Assembly (NCBI GenBank): GCA_023623185.1
Contig: JAMNXV010000137.1
Coordinates: 3,511 to 67,510, forward strand
Direction of reading: 5' to 3'
From: Bacillota bacterium
Lineage (GTDB): Bacteria > Bacillota > Sulfobacillia > Symbiobacteriales > Symbiobacteriaceae
Length of the DNA: 64,000 nt
Part shown: positions 29,111-38,016 of the stretch, one piece after another
Position numbering within the stretch: position 1 is the stretch's first letter
Layout of the letters: every line of letters starts with the position of its first letter
Translations under genes and position numbers: made by a program
Notes under the pieces: generated by a model
What the model saw: only the letters and a program-made list of their open reading frames with translations
What the model was told of the DNA's origin: nothing
Databases searched by the model: none

Positions 29111-30093
29111 GCCGGATCCCCCAGTCCGAAAAGCTCCGCCCGGCCCCGCGCCGGGTCGGCCAGCAGGTTCATGCCCGCCTGGAACAGCAGCACCGACGGG
29201 ACGGGCATGTCCGGAAAGTGGCCGGCGATCTCGTAGGCGGTCTGCAGCGCCCGCACGGCCGCGAAGCGCACGGCCCGGTCCAGCAGCCCCTCCGCCTCGG
29301 CCGCCGGCATCCGGCGGGCGGCGGCGTAGGCCAGCCAGAGGGCCCGCACGGCCGGCTGGATAACCGGGAGCGGAAAGCGCGCGCCGGCCACCATCTCGGG
29401 CAGCGGCCGCTCGTGGGGCATGGAGACCACCCAGAAGAAGAGGAAGTCGTTCAGGGCGCCGGCCAGGTCCCAGGCCGGATCGCCGACCTGCACCAGCTCC
29501 CAGTCGACCAGGAGCAGCCGCTCGCCGCCCCGGCCGTTCGGGATCGTGAGGCAGTTGTCCATCTTCACGTCCCCGTGAATCACCGTTTCGGCCCGCCAGA
29601 GGCTGCGCAGGCCGTCCAGGCGTTCGAAGACCTCCGGCCTCGCCTGCATCTGCCGGACCATCTCCCGGTTGGCGGCGCTCATGCCGGCCAGCGTCTCCAG
29701 ACGGGGACGGTGAAGCGTGAAGCTCCAGGGCAAGGCCCGGCCGAGCCACGCCAGGGCCGGGTCTCCTACCGGGTCGAGCCCCCGGAAGGCGTCATGAACA
29801 CAGGCCAGGGCCCGGCCCACCTGCGCCGCCGCGCCGGTCGGGAACGCCTCGGGGCCGGACTGCTGGTAGCGCCGCCACAGGGGCGCCGCATCGGGCAGGA
29901 GCTCCAGGATCAGCAGCGGCTGCGCCGGGTCAGCATGGCAGAGCCGGGGGATCAGGGACCGCACCCGCTCGGCCTCAGGCGCCTGCCAGCACCAGGCGTA
30001 GAACCGGGCCAGGCCGAGCGAGTCGCTGGTCAGGTCGCCGGAAAGGAAATCGGCTCCGTCGAACATGGGCTTACGGGGCTTGTGCTCGGACAC
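29107..30093 (-). CDS. APH-like phosphotransferase (LanK-type kinase), apparently shortened N-lobe
   Basis: IHGDVKMDN, LVDWEL, GDPAWDL; GTG at 30093 after GGGGTGA. Confidence 0.85.
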   Translation of the reverse strand: MSEHKPRKPMFDGADFLSGDLTSDSLGLARFYAWCWQAPEAERVRSLIPRLCHADPAQPLLILELLPDAAPLWRRYQQSGPEAFPTGAAAQVGRALACVHDAFRGLDPVGDPALAWLGRALPWSFTLHRPRLETLAGMSAANREMVRQMQARPEVFERLDGLRSLWRAETVIHGDVKMDNCLTIPNGRGGERLLLVDWELVQVGDPAWDLAGALNDFLFFWVVSMPHERPLPEMVAGARFPLPVIQPAVRALWLAYAAARRMPAAEAEGLLDRAVRFAAVRALQTAYEIAGHFPDMPVPSVLLFQAGMNLLADPARGRAELFGLGDPA

Positions 30094-30417
30094 ACCGATC
30101 ACCCCGCGGCAAGAATCGGGCCCTTGCGGCTGTGCGGCCGGCACTCACCGCGGGCCCAACCCACTCTATGATGGCGGGGGTCGATTAGGTTACATAATTC
30201 GACGCACAGATGGGGCGAGCAAGCCCAGGGCGACTCGCCGCGGTGCTATTCCTGCTCAAAAATTGTCCGGCACGATAAATTTTCGCCAGTCAAAGAAGGT
30301 TATGAAGCGGCAATGTCCAACAATCATTCTTGTAAGTCAAACAGCAAAGCGCCGTCGCAGAGTGTGCAGCACAGCAGCAGAAGTTCTCGAAATAGCGACG
30401 CACGAGGGGGCCCAACC

Positions 30418-32286
30418 ATGCGTACACGCTTGCGGATCAAGATCTCGCTGAAGCTTCTGTCATCACCCATCATCCTGACACTCCTGCTGATTGCGGTGGG
30501 CCGGGTGGGCTACCTGGCCACCGAAACGCTGATGGCCGAGTTCGACACGATCAACCAGAGTCACGCGATCGTCAAAGGCGCGCAGCAGATCCAGGCAGAC
30601 CTCCTGCAGCAGTCTGCGGCCATCAGCAACTACATGCTGTTCGGCGACTCCGAGTACATCACGGCCCTGGAAGAGGCCAGCGAGCAACTCGCATCACAGG
30701 TCGAACAGCTGCTGGCCATGACCAGCGACATGACCCTGCGCGCCCATCTCTCCGCCATCCAGACGGAGCAGGAGAGCTACATGGCCCTGCTCGGGCAGGT
30801 GCAGGCGGATGCCTACAGCCAGCGGCACCACGAAGCCGTGGATCTCCTGCGCACGGCAGGGCTTGAGTCCACGAGGCGGATGACGGAGTCGGTCTCCGAC
30901 CTGGTGAACACCCTGGACGCCATGGCCGCGATCGACCTGAAGAATGCGGTCGCCCGGACGCAGGAGATGCAGCGGATCATCATCGCGGCCTCCGTCGCTG
31001 CGGCGGTCCTGGGGGTGGCGGTGGCCCTGTGGATCGCCCGTAGCCTGAGCAGGCCCATCCAGCGGATGGCGGCCGCCGCAGCCGAGATCGCCTCCGGCAA
31101 CCTGCGCCAGGAGGCGCTGGCCATCACCGCCAACGACGAGGTCGCAGACACCACCCGCGCCTTCAACCACATGCTCGAGAGCCTGAAAAACGTGGTCCGC
31201 CGGGTCGGCGGGAGCGCGCAATCGGTGCTCTCGTCCTCCGAGCAGCTGACAGAGGCCGCAGAGGCCATGGCACAGGCCGCCTCAGGCACGGCCCAGGCCA
31301 TCGAACAGGTGGCCGCGGGCGCCGGGGAGCAGGCAAGGGAGACGGCCGCGGTGAACGAGGCGGTCGCCGAGCTGAAGGCCGCCATCGACCGCATCGCCGC
31401 AGCGGCGACCCGGTCCGCGCAGGACATTCAGGAGGCAGAGAACCTGCTCGCGGAGATGTCCCGGCATCTCACCGGCATGGCAGGCGACGTGCACGACACG
31501 GCCGAGCAGGCCTCCCAGGCAGCGCACCGGGCGCTGGGCGGCGCGGACGTTCTGGAGCGCACGCTGCAGGAAACCGCGCAGATCGGCGAGGCCGTGGCTG
31601 CGGCGGCAGAGCGGATCCGCGAGCTGGAGGAGCTCTCAGGCCAGATCGGCAGCATTAGCGAGACCATCTCCGCGCTCGCGGACCAGACCAACCTCCTCGC
31701 CCTGAATGCCGCGATCGAGGCAGCCAGGGCCGGCGAGCACGGCCTGGGCTTCGCGGTGGTCGCGGACGAGGTGCGCAGGCTGGCCGAGCGCTCCGCCGCG
31801 TCGGCCGGAGAGATCACCGAACTGATCGGCCGCATCCAGCGCAGGACGGCGGCGGCGGTGGAATCCATGACGGCGGGAACCGAGCGGGCCGCCCGGGGCA
31901 GCCGGCTGACCGCCGAGGCCCGGCAGGCCCTGCAGGACATCCTGACCGTGGTCCAGGATGCGGCCGCCGCCATGGAGCGGCTGGCCGCGAACGTGGAGCA
32001 GGTGCAGGGGAGCGCCGGCCGGGCCCTGGATACCTTCCGGACGGTCGCCCATGCGACGGCGGAGAGCACCTCCGCCACGGAACAGATGGCAGCCAGTGCG
32101 GTCGAGGTCAGCGAGGCCGTGCGGCGCATCGCCCTGGTCTCGCAGGAGAACGCCGCCGCGGCCGAGCAGGTTTCCGCCACCGTGGAGGAACTGAATGCGT
32201 CGTCGGAGCAGGTGGCGGCTTCGGCCCAGGAGCTCGCGCAGACCGCGCAGAACCTGCAGACAGAGGTCCAGCGCTTCAAGGTCTAG
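30418..32286 (+). CDS. Methyl-accepting chemotaxis protein, paralog of 24889-26757
   Basis: ATG after GAGGGGG; [33 protein letters not shown]. Confidence 0.95.
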   Translation: MRTRLRIKISLKLLSSPIILTLLLIAVGRVGYLATETLMAEFDTINQSHAIVKGAQQIQADLLQQSAAISNYMLFGDSEYITALEEASEQLASQVEQLLAMTSDMTLRAHLSAIQTEQESYMALLGQVQADAYSQRHHEAVDLLRTAGLESTRRMTESVSDLVNTLDAMAAIDLKNAVARTQEMQRIIIAASVAAAVLGVAVALWIARSLSRPIQRMAAAAAEIASGNLRQEALAITANDEVADTTRAFNHMLESLKNVVRRVGGSAQSVLSSSEQLTEAAEAMAQAASGTAQAIEQVAAGAGEQARETAAVNEAVAELKAAIDRIAAAATRSAQDIQEAENLLAEMSRHLTGMAGDVHDTAEQASQAAHRALGGADVLERTLQETAQIGEAVAAAAERIRELEELSGQIGSISETISALADQTNLLALNAAIEAARAGEHGLGFAVVADEVRRLAERSAASAGEITELIGRIQRRTAAAVESMTAGTERAARGSRLTAEARQALQDILTVVQDAAAAMERLAANVEQVQGSAGRALDTFRTVAHATAESTSATEQMAASAVEVSEAVRRIALVSQENAAAAEQVSATVEELNASSEQVAASAQELAQTAQNLQTEVQRFKV

Positions 32287-32309
32287 AAACGGCTTCGCCC
32301 TCTCAGCAA

Positions 32310-32348
32310 AAGGCAGGAGCCTGCCCCCGGGCAGCGATCCTGCCTTCT
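32310..32348. terminator. Bidirectional terminator
   Basis: AAGGCAGGA..CTGCCC-cc-GGGCAG...TCCTGCCTT between convergent genes. Confidence 0.65.
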
Positions 32349-32374
32349 GTCGTGTCCCGATCTCTGCGCACCCC

Positions 32375-34222
32375 TTAGTCGGCCCCGATCGCGTCGATCA
32401 GGTCCTCCATGTCCAGCCGGCGCAGCCGCTCGGCCGACGGGCGGGAGGTCTGCGTATCCCAGTCCATGGCCGCGAAGTAGTCCTTCCGCAACGTCTCCAG
32501 ATCCACCGTGAAGCCCGCATGGGGGCCCGCCTGCTGGGGCGGGGAGCCGGCCACGCGGCCGGGAACCGTCCACTCGGCCATGTTGTGCCCCTCCCGCAGG
32601 TTGAACAGGTGACGGATGTTGGCGATGCGCTCGCCCGCCAGCTTCCAGCGCTCGAAGCCCCAGGGTTCGCCCGTGACCGCCGTGAGGAAGTCGGTGATGA
32701 AGTCCACCTCGTAGCTCATGTAGCCGAAGGCGCAGACCCCGGCGCAGTTCACCACGTGCCCCAGGGCCATCAGGGTGCGGTGGAACTCGCCTGTGCCGGC
32801 CATCTCCTGGCGGGGCGGGGCCGGGTCGATGCCCTTGGCGAACAGCCCGGGGGCGTACAGGGCCTGCATGTGCGTGCCGGGGGCGTCATCCAGCACGAAG
32901 GAGACCATGTAGGTCGGGGCCAGCTTGGGGTCGTGCATGCCCGGCTCACAGCCGACGACGTGCACGGCGAACTGCTCCGCCCCCCGTCCGATGCGCTCGG
33001 CCGCCCGCTTCACGCCGTCCGCCAGCAGGTCGCCGATGCCCCTGCGCTCACCCATCATCTGCGTCAGGGCGACGGCGGCCTCCCCGCTGCCCCACGCCAG
33101 CTCGATGCCCCCGGTGTCCTCCTTCGTGATCAGGCCGTGCTCGTAGCACTCCATGGCAAAGGCCACCGCGGTGCCGGCGGAGATGGTGTCGAGCCCGTAC
33201 CGGTTGCACAGCTCGTTGCACTTGTTGATGACCTCGAAGTCGTCGATGAGGCACATCACGCCGTACGCGGCGCCGGTCTCGTACTCGGGCTTGTGGCCGC
33301 TGGACTTGAACGGGCCGTCCTTCACCTCGACGTGGCCGCCGCAGGCGATGGTGCACTGCCAGCAGCCCGACTTCCGCGTCTGGTAGCTGAGGATGCGCTC
33401 GGCGGACAGGTTCTGCCCGGCGGTGGGAATCTCGACCTCCCCGACGCCGCCCCAGTTCCGCACCGGCGAGTCGCCGTTCAGGGCAGAGACGCCCGTGCCG
33501 GCGATGGTCCCGGGAGAGAGGAAGTCGTAGGCCGGGGTCTTCCGCTTCATGTACTCCCGGCGCAAGGCCCTGGCCCGCTCGGGATCGGCGATGGGGATCT
33601 GCAGCTTCCCCCGCACGGCGACGGCCTTCAGGCCTTTGGAGCCCATTACCGCGCCGACGCCGAAGCGCGCGGCGGCGCGGCCCTTGTCGTTGAACACGCC
33701 GGAGATCAGCGACAGCTTCTCGCCGGCCGGACCGATGCAGGCCACCTGCGTGTCGGCGCCCAGTTCAGCCTGGAGGGTCTCTTCCGTCTCGATGGTGTCC
33801 TTGCCCCAGAGGTGGGCGGCCGACCGCAGTTCGGCCTTCCCCTCATCGATGTACAGGTAGAGCGGCTCCTCCGACCGGCCCGTGACGAAGATGGCATCGT
33901 ATCCGGCCATCTTCAGATGCGGGCCGAAGCGGCCGCCGCAGTTGGCATTTCCCCAGGTGCCCGTCAGCGGCGACTTGGCCGTGACCATGAAACGGTTGCC
34001 CTCGATCGTCGGGGTGCCGGTGAGCGGACCGGTCACGATGCCGAGGATGTTGTCAGGACCCAGGGGGTCCGCACCCGCCGGCATTCTGTCGTAGGCAATC
34101 CGTGCGGCCAGTCCGTATCCACCCACGTAGTCACGGGCCAGTCGCTCGTCCAGCGGCTCCTCACGAAGCTCCCTGGTGGTCATGTCCACCCACAGCATAC
34201 GCCCCATGTACCCACCAAGCAT
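32375..34222 (-). CDS. Aldehyde:ferredoxin oxidoreductase family (W/Mo-bis-pterin)
   Basis: KSPLTG, IGPAGE, GAVMGSK.LKA, CWQCTIAC, PEYET, GLDTIS. Confidence 0.93.
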   Translation of the reverse strand: MLGGYMGRMLWVDMTTRELREEPLDERLARDYVGGYGLAARIAYDRMPAGADPLGPDNILGIVTGPLTGTPTIEGNRFMVTAKSPLTGTWGNANCGGRFGPHLKMAGYDAIFVTGRSEEPLYLYIDEGKAELRSAAHLWGKDTIETEETLQAELGADTQVACIGPAGEKLSLISGVFNDKGRAAARFGVGAVMGSKGLKAVAVRGKLQIPIADPERARALRREYMKRKTPAYDFLSPGTIAGTGVSALNGDSPVRNWGGVGEVEIPTAGQNLSAERILSYQTRKSGCWQCTIACGGHVEVKDGPFKSSGHKPEYETGAAYGVMCLIDDFEVINKCNELCNRYGLDTISAGTAVAFAMECYEHGLITKEDTGGIELAWGSGEAAVALTQMMGERRGIGDLLADGVKRAAERIGRGAEQFAVHVVGCEPGMHDPKLAPTYMVSFVLDDAPGTHMQALYAPGLFAKGIDPAPPRQEMAGTGEFHRTLMALGHVVNCAGVCAFGYMSYEVDFITDFLTAVTGEPWGFERWKLAGERIANIRHLFNLREGHNMAEWTVPGRVAGSPPQQAGPHAGFTVDLETLRKDYFAAMDWDTQTSRPSAERLRRLDMEDLIDAIGAD

Positions 34223-34386
34223 CGCTCCGCCTCCGTTCCTTCCCTCAGATTTTCCGACAACTCCGCGGAACTCGGGGACTTGTCGATAGTGTTGACTGGA
34301 TCATTCACGTGTGTCAATACCGAATTGGCTATTTCGTCAAGTTACCTTGTGAACAAGAAGGGGGCAGCCGCCTGCCCCCTCGAGAA

Positions 34387-34668
34387 TCAGCCCTCCTCCC
34401 CGCCCAGCCGCCGCCAGGTACCGAACTCGTACTCCGGCACAGGCGGGGCCGATGTATACGGTGCGGCCGCGGTCCCCCCGGCCCGGGTTGCGTCGGTACG
34501 AATCGTTCCTCCCGGCCCCACCGCCGGAGCCATCGCCCGGACCGCCGCCGGAGCCCTCGTCTGCGGCGCCGCAGACTCCTCCCGCCTGGCCCGGGGCCGC
34601 ACCACGATCACGTCGCCGCCGGTCACCATTCGCGGCGCCGGCACGCCTCCTCTTCCGGATTTCACCAT
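34387..34668 (-). CDS. Small hypothetical low-complexity protein
   Basis: Strong GGGAGGTGA RBS, CATAGATT upstream, hairpin AGGGGGCAG..CTGCCCCCT after the stop. Confidence 0.5.
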   Translation of the reverse strand: MVKSGRGGVPAPRMVTGGDVIVVRPRARREESAAPQTRAPAAVRAMAPAVGPGGTIRTDATRAGGTAAAPYTSAPPVPEYEFGTWRRLGGEEG

Positions 34669-34758
34669 GCCGGGCTCACCTCCCGCTCCAATCTATGACC
34701 CTCCTCCCCCGCGCCCGCACCACGGGGAAAGCCGCAGGTTCCTCTCACCCGGTTTGAT

Positions 34759-34789
34759 CTTGACTTTCTTTGACCTTTGGTGCTAGAAT
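34759..34789 (+). promoter_or_regulatory. SigA promoter overlapped by CtsR-type heptad repeat
   Basis: TTGACT-N18-TAGAAT (extended TG); reverse strand reads GGTCAAA-GAA-AGTCAAG. Confidence 0.75.
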
Positions 34790-34850
34790 AGTGCTGGAAC
34801 CAACAGTGGGAACGTTTCCCTCCCACGCCAACTACACAAGAGAAAGGGGT

Positions 34851-35282
34851 ATGGCGATGATGTTCTACCCGATGCGTCAGTGGAATCCGTTCGAGCTGTT
34901 CGATCGGATGATGTCGCAGTGGCAGCAGCACGTCCTGGGTGGCGCCTGGCCTGCCGTACCCTCTGTTGAGCAGATGGACGTGCAGCAGGGCGAGCAGGAC
35001 ACTGTGATCCGGATCCAGGTGCCGGGGATCAGCCCCGAGGACCTGTCCGTTACCGTAGACGGCAACGTGCTGACCATCCGTGCCATCCACCGCTCGGTCC
35101 CGGTGTCCGGCCAGGGCGAGGGTGGCGCCCGGGGCGTCGCGACCTTCGAGCGGTCGATGACGCTCCCGCCCAGCGTCGACGCCGACAAGATCACGGCCCG
35201 CTACCACCACGGGGTGCTGGAGATCCGGCTGCCCCGTGCGAAGGGCCGGGGCGGCAGGCAGATCCCCATCGAACTGGCGTAA
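34851..35282 (+). CDS. Hsp20/alpha-crystallin small heat-shock protein
   Basis: VPGI.PEDL.V, LTI, FERSMTLP..VD, ARYHHGVLEIRLP. Confidence 0.92.
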   Translation: MAMMFYPMRQWNPFELFDRMMSQWQQHVLGGAWPAVPSVEQMDVQQGEQDTVIRIQVPGISPEDLSVTVDGNVLTIRAIHRSVPVSGQGEGGARGVATFERSMTLPPSVDADKITARYHHGVLEIRLPRAKGRGGRQIPIELA

Positions 35283-35333
35283 CTAGTACCTCACCGCAAG
35301 GGCCCACCCCCTCATCCGGGGGCGGGCCCGCTG

Positions 35334-36773
35334 TCATTCTTCCGGTACCTCCAGCACCGTCAGGTACCGGTTGTGGTAGAAGGCCAGGTGCCGCCCGTCA
35401 GGGCTGGCCACCAGCCCATCGATCGTGCCCTCGGCCAGGATGCGTTCCGCTTCACCCCGCTGGTCGAACAGCGCCAGCCGGTTGGGCAGCAGCTCCGAAA
35501 CCAGCGCGGCGCGGCCGCCTGCTACGAGCTGAGGCGCTCCCTGCCAGTGCTCTCCCCCCAGTTCCACCAGCGGGCCGCCGCCCAGGGGCGTCCAGCCATA
35601 CCCCCATTCGCCCTCCCCTCGGTCGAAGTACTCGATCAGCACAGCCTCGTCGGTCACGCCCAGAACCGCGAGGAAGACGTCGCCGCTGCGACCGTCGCCG
35701 ACAGGCGCCACCGTGCCCGCCTCCAGATCCACCAGGCACGGCCGGGGCTCCCTGAGACGGGTCGTCTCGTACTCCTCAAATGGGTGGCTGTTCTGAACCA
35801 CCGTCCGCTCGCCGCACACCGCGGCCAGCCGGGCGCCGTCGGACGACCAGACCGGGGTTCCAAAGAAGGTCTGCCCTTCCAGGCCGAAGTAGGTCGCCTT
35901 GCCGGTCCTCAGGTCCAGCACCCCCATGCGCTCGCCGTAGGGCGGCTCCTCCCACTCCTCCGGGCTGCGCGCGTAGTGGAGGTCCATCGGCACCGAGAGG
36001 AAGGCGACGCGGGTTCCGTCAGGGGACCAGGCGCCCCAGTGGCTGAAGTGGCCGGGTTCCGCAAAGGTGCCCGCCGGGTTGCCGTCGCGGTCCAGGAAGT
36101 AGAAGCCCGGAACCGGATCGGTGCGGTTGGACTGGACGAGGAAATGCGCGCCGTCCGGCGACCACGAGTCGAAGATGTTGCTGCCGTAGAACCGCGGCGC
36201 CTCCGGCTCCCGGGCGGCCCCGGTCTCCCGGTTGATGAAGGTGCGCGCGCCGGCCCTGCCCGCATAGTGCACCGCCCGCGCACCGTCCGGGCTCAGCAGG
36301 AAGTGCCAGGGGTCCCAATACGGAATGCCCTCGGGGTCGTGCTCGGCGCCGGCCTCCAACCCGCCCCCTTCCAGCGCCACCATGCCGTAGTGGTGCTCCC
36401 CTCCGGCCGTGGCGTGGATCCAGACGACTCCAGGGTTCAACCACCACACCTGCCCCGCCGAATCGAACGGACCCAGGCGGAAGCCGCCGGGGATCTCCTC
36501 CCGCACCAGCTCGGGCGGAGCGGGCACAGGCGCCGGTGTGCCGCTCCCCTCGCCGCTGGCTCCAACGTCCCCGGCGTCACCTGTGCCCGAGTCCGGCGAG
36601 CTGTCGACCTCCGCGTTGCTATCCGCGCCCGGCAGGCGCGCGGGACCCTGCGCTGCCGGCAGTTCCTCGCCGGAAGGCACAGGATCCGGTGCCGCCGCCT
36701 GCCGGCCCGCACAGCCGGCCATGACCGCCGTCAGGAGAATCAGCAGACCTGCGACCGACCTCCGCATCTCCAT
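35334..36773 (-). CDS. Lipoprotein with TolB/WD40-like beta-propeller
   Basis: Lipobox VMAGC, Pro/Ser-rich linker, repeated WSPDG. Confidence 0.82.
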   Translation of the reverse strand: MEMRRSVAGLLILLTAVMAGCAGRQAAAPDPVPSGEELPAAQGPARLPGADSNAEVDSSPDSGTGDAGDVGASGEGSGTPAPVPAPPELVREEIPGGFRLGPFDSAGQVWWLNPGVVWIHATAGGEHHYGMVALEGGGLEAGAEHDPEGIPYWDPWHFLLSPDGARAVHYAGRAGARTFINRETGAAREPEAPRFYGSNIFDSWSPDGAHFLVQSNRTDPVPGFYFLDRDGNPAGTFAEPGHFSHWGAWSPDGTRVAFLSVPMDLHYARSPEEWEEPPYGERMGVLDLRTGKATYFGLEGQTFFGTPVWSSDGARLAAVCGERTVVQNSHPFEEYETTRLREPRPCLVDLEAGTVAPVGDGRSGDVFLAVLGVTDEAVLIEYFDRGEGEWGYGWTPLGGGPLVELGGEHWQGAPQLVAGGRAALVSELLPNRLALFDQRGEAERILAEGTIDGLVASPDGRHLAFYHNRYLTVLEVPEE

Positions 36774-36927
36774 CACCCCTTCTGAATGTTTTGACGGGGC
36801 GGCGGAGTGGCGGAGTTCCACCGGCACAGCCTCGGCAAGTGCATGCGACGGGGCTGGCCGCCCGGCGCCGCGGCGTGTACAATGGCACAAAGGCTGAGAA
36901 TTTGGGCGACACCGGGAGGTGCGGGCA

Positions 36928-37317
36928 GTGGGGCCGATCACCGTGTTCCACGACGGGTGGTGTCCGCGGTGTACGCAGGCCCGGGAGCGGCTGACCCGAT
37001 TGGACTGGCTGGGGCGGCTGGAGTTTGTCTCCATCCGGGAGCAGGGCGTGGCCGAACGAGCGGGCGTGTCGCCTGAGCGGCTGGCGGCCCGCCTCCACGT
37101 GCACTCGCCCCGGACCGGCCTTTGGGCGGAGGGCATCTGGGCGGTGGCGGCCATAACCGCCCGCATCCCCCTCCTCTGGCCGTTCTGGCCGCTGGTGACC
37201 CTGGCCGGGCTCAGCGGTCTGGGGCAGCCCGTCTATGACTTCGTCGCGCGCCGGCGGGCCATCGTTCCTGTGGGGCAGTGTGACGAAAACGGGTGCCCGC
37301 TGCCGGACCGGGGCTGA
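36928..37317 (+). CDS. DCC (DUF393) family thiol-disulfide oxidoreductase
   Basis: VFHDGWCPRC and YDFVARRR motifs. Confidence 0.88.
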   Translation: MGPITVFHDGWCPRCTQARERLTRLDWLGRLEFVSIREQGVAERAGVSPERLAARLHVHSPRTGLWAEGIWAVAAITARIPLLWPFWPLVTLAGLSGLGQPVYDFVARRRAIVPVGQCDENGCPLPDRG

Positions 37318-37369
37318 ACGCCGGGTGGGACAAAGGGGGCAACCAAGTGGGACTAAAGGGGGGCGACTT

Positions 37370-37903
37370 ATGTTGAGGCGACTCATCCGGTCCGCCGTGA
37401 CCGTGTTGTTGATACTCGTTGCTGTCGGGTGCTCATTTCGGAAGGAGTCCGATCCTTACGCGTGGGAGAATCCAGCACCTCCTGCGCCTGACATGTCTGA
37501 GTGGTACACCGGCGATCCCGACAAGCGGCCGGTTTTTCGCCGTCTGGAGATTTCCCATTTCGACTTCCATAATGGGTGGTATATTGTGCCTCAAATCAAC
37601 TACAAGTTGGTAGCTGAGGTCGAGGGTGCTGATGAAGTCTACTTCCAGGCTTTTGATCCTGGAGAGACTCCAAACCCGGACGATGACGGCTACTTGCACT
37701 CACGAGAGTACAGCCCGGTTGTACATTCGGAAGAGAATCCAAATGTCTGGGCGTTGACTGGAATCTCCAGTGGCGGAGATACCGCAGGGTTCTATGCCGT
37801 TGCTGTGAATGAGTATGGACGGGCGGTCAGCCCCATCTTGTTTATCGCATGGAACCCTGAAAATAGCGGATACACAGCAGATGACCTGAAGACCCCGTTC
37901 TAG
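37370..37903 (+). CDS. Low-GC hypothetical lipoprotein
   Basis: Lipobox VAVGC; GC roughly 50% versus about 70% in flanks. Confidence 0.8.
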   Translation: MLRRLIRSAVTVLLILVAVGCSFRKESDPYAWENPAPPAPDMSEWYTGDPDKRPVFRRLEISHFDFHNGWYIVPQINYKLVAEVEGADEVYFQAFDPGETPNPDDDGYLHSREYSPVVHSEENPNVWALTGISSGGDTAGFYAVAVNEYGRAVSPILFIAWNPENSGYTADDLKTPF

Positions 37904-38016
37904 GATCTGGCACCATCACCGGTCGCAGGGAGAAGCGATCATGAAGGATGGCCGCTCATGCCGAGCGGCCATCCTGTTGCACACCCTGAGCCTATCCCTG
38001 GCGGTCGGAGCCCGCC

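Noticed and set aside
30094-30417. Lanthipeptide precursor or riboswitch between the kinase and MCP
   Set aside because: Only short RBS-less ORFs without a Ser/Thr/Cys core; no c-di-GMP GEMM motif recognised
34248-34262. CodY box upstream of the AOR gene (and near liv at about 51675)
   Set aside because: Three to four mismatches to AATTTTCWGAAAATT; too weak
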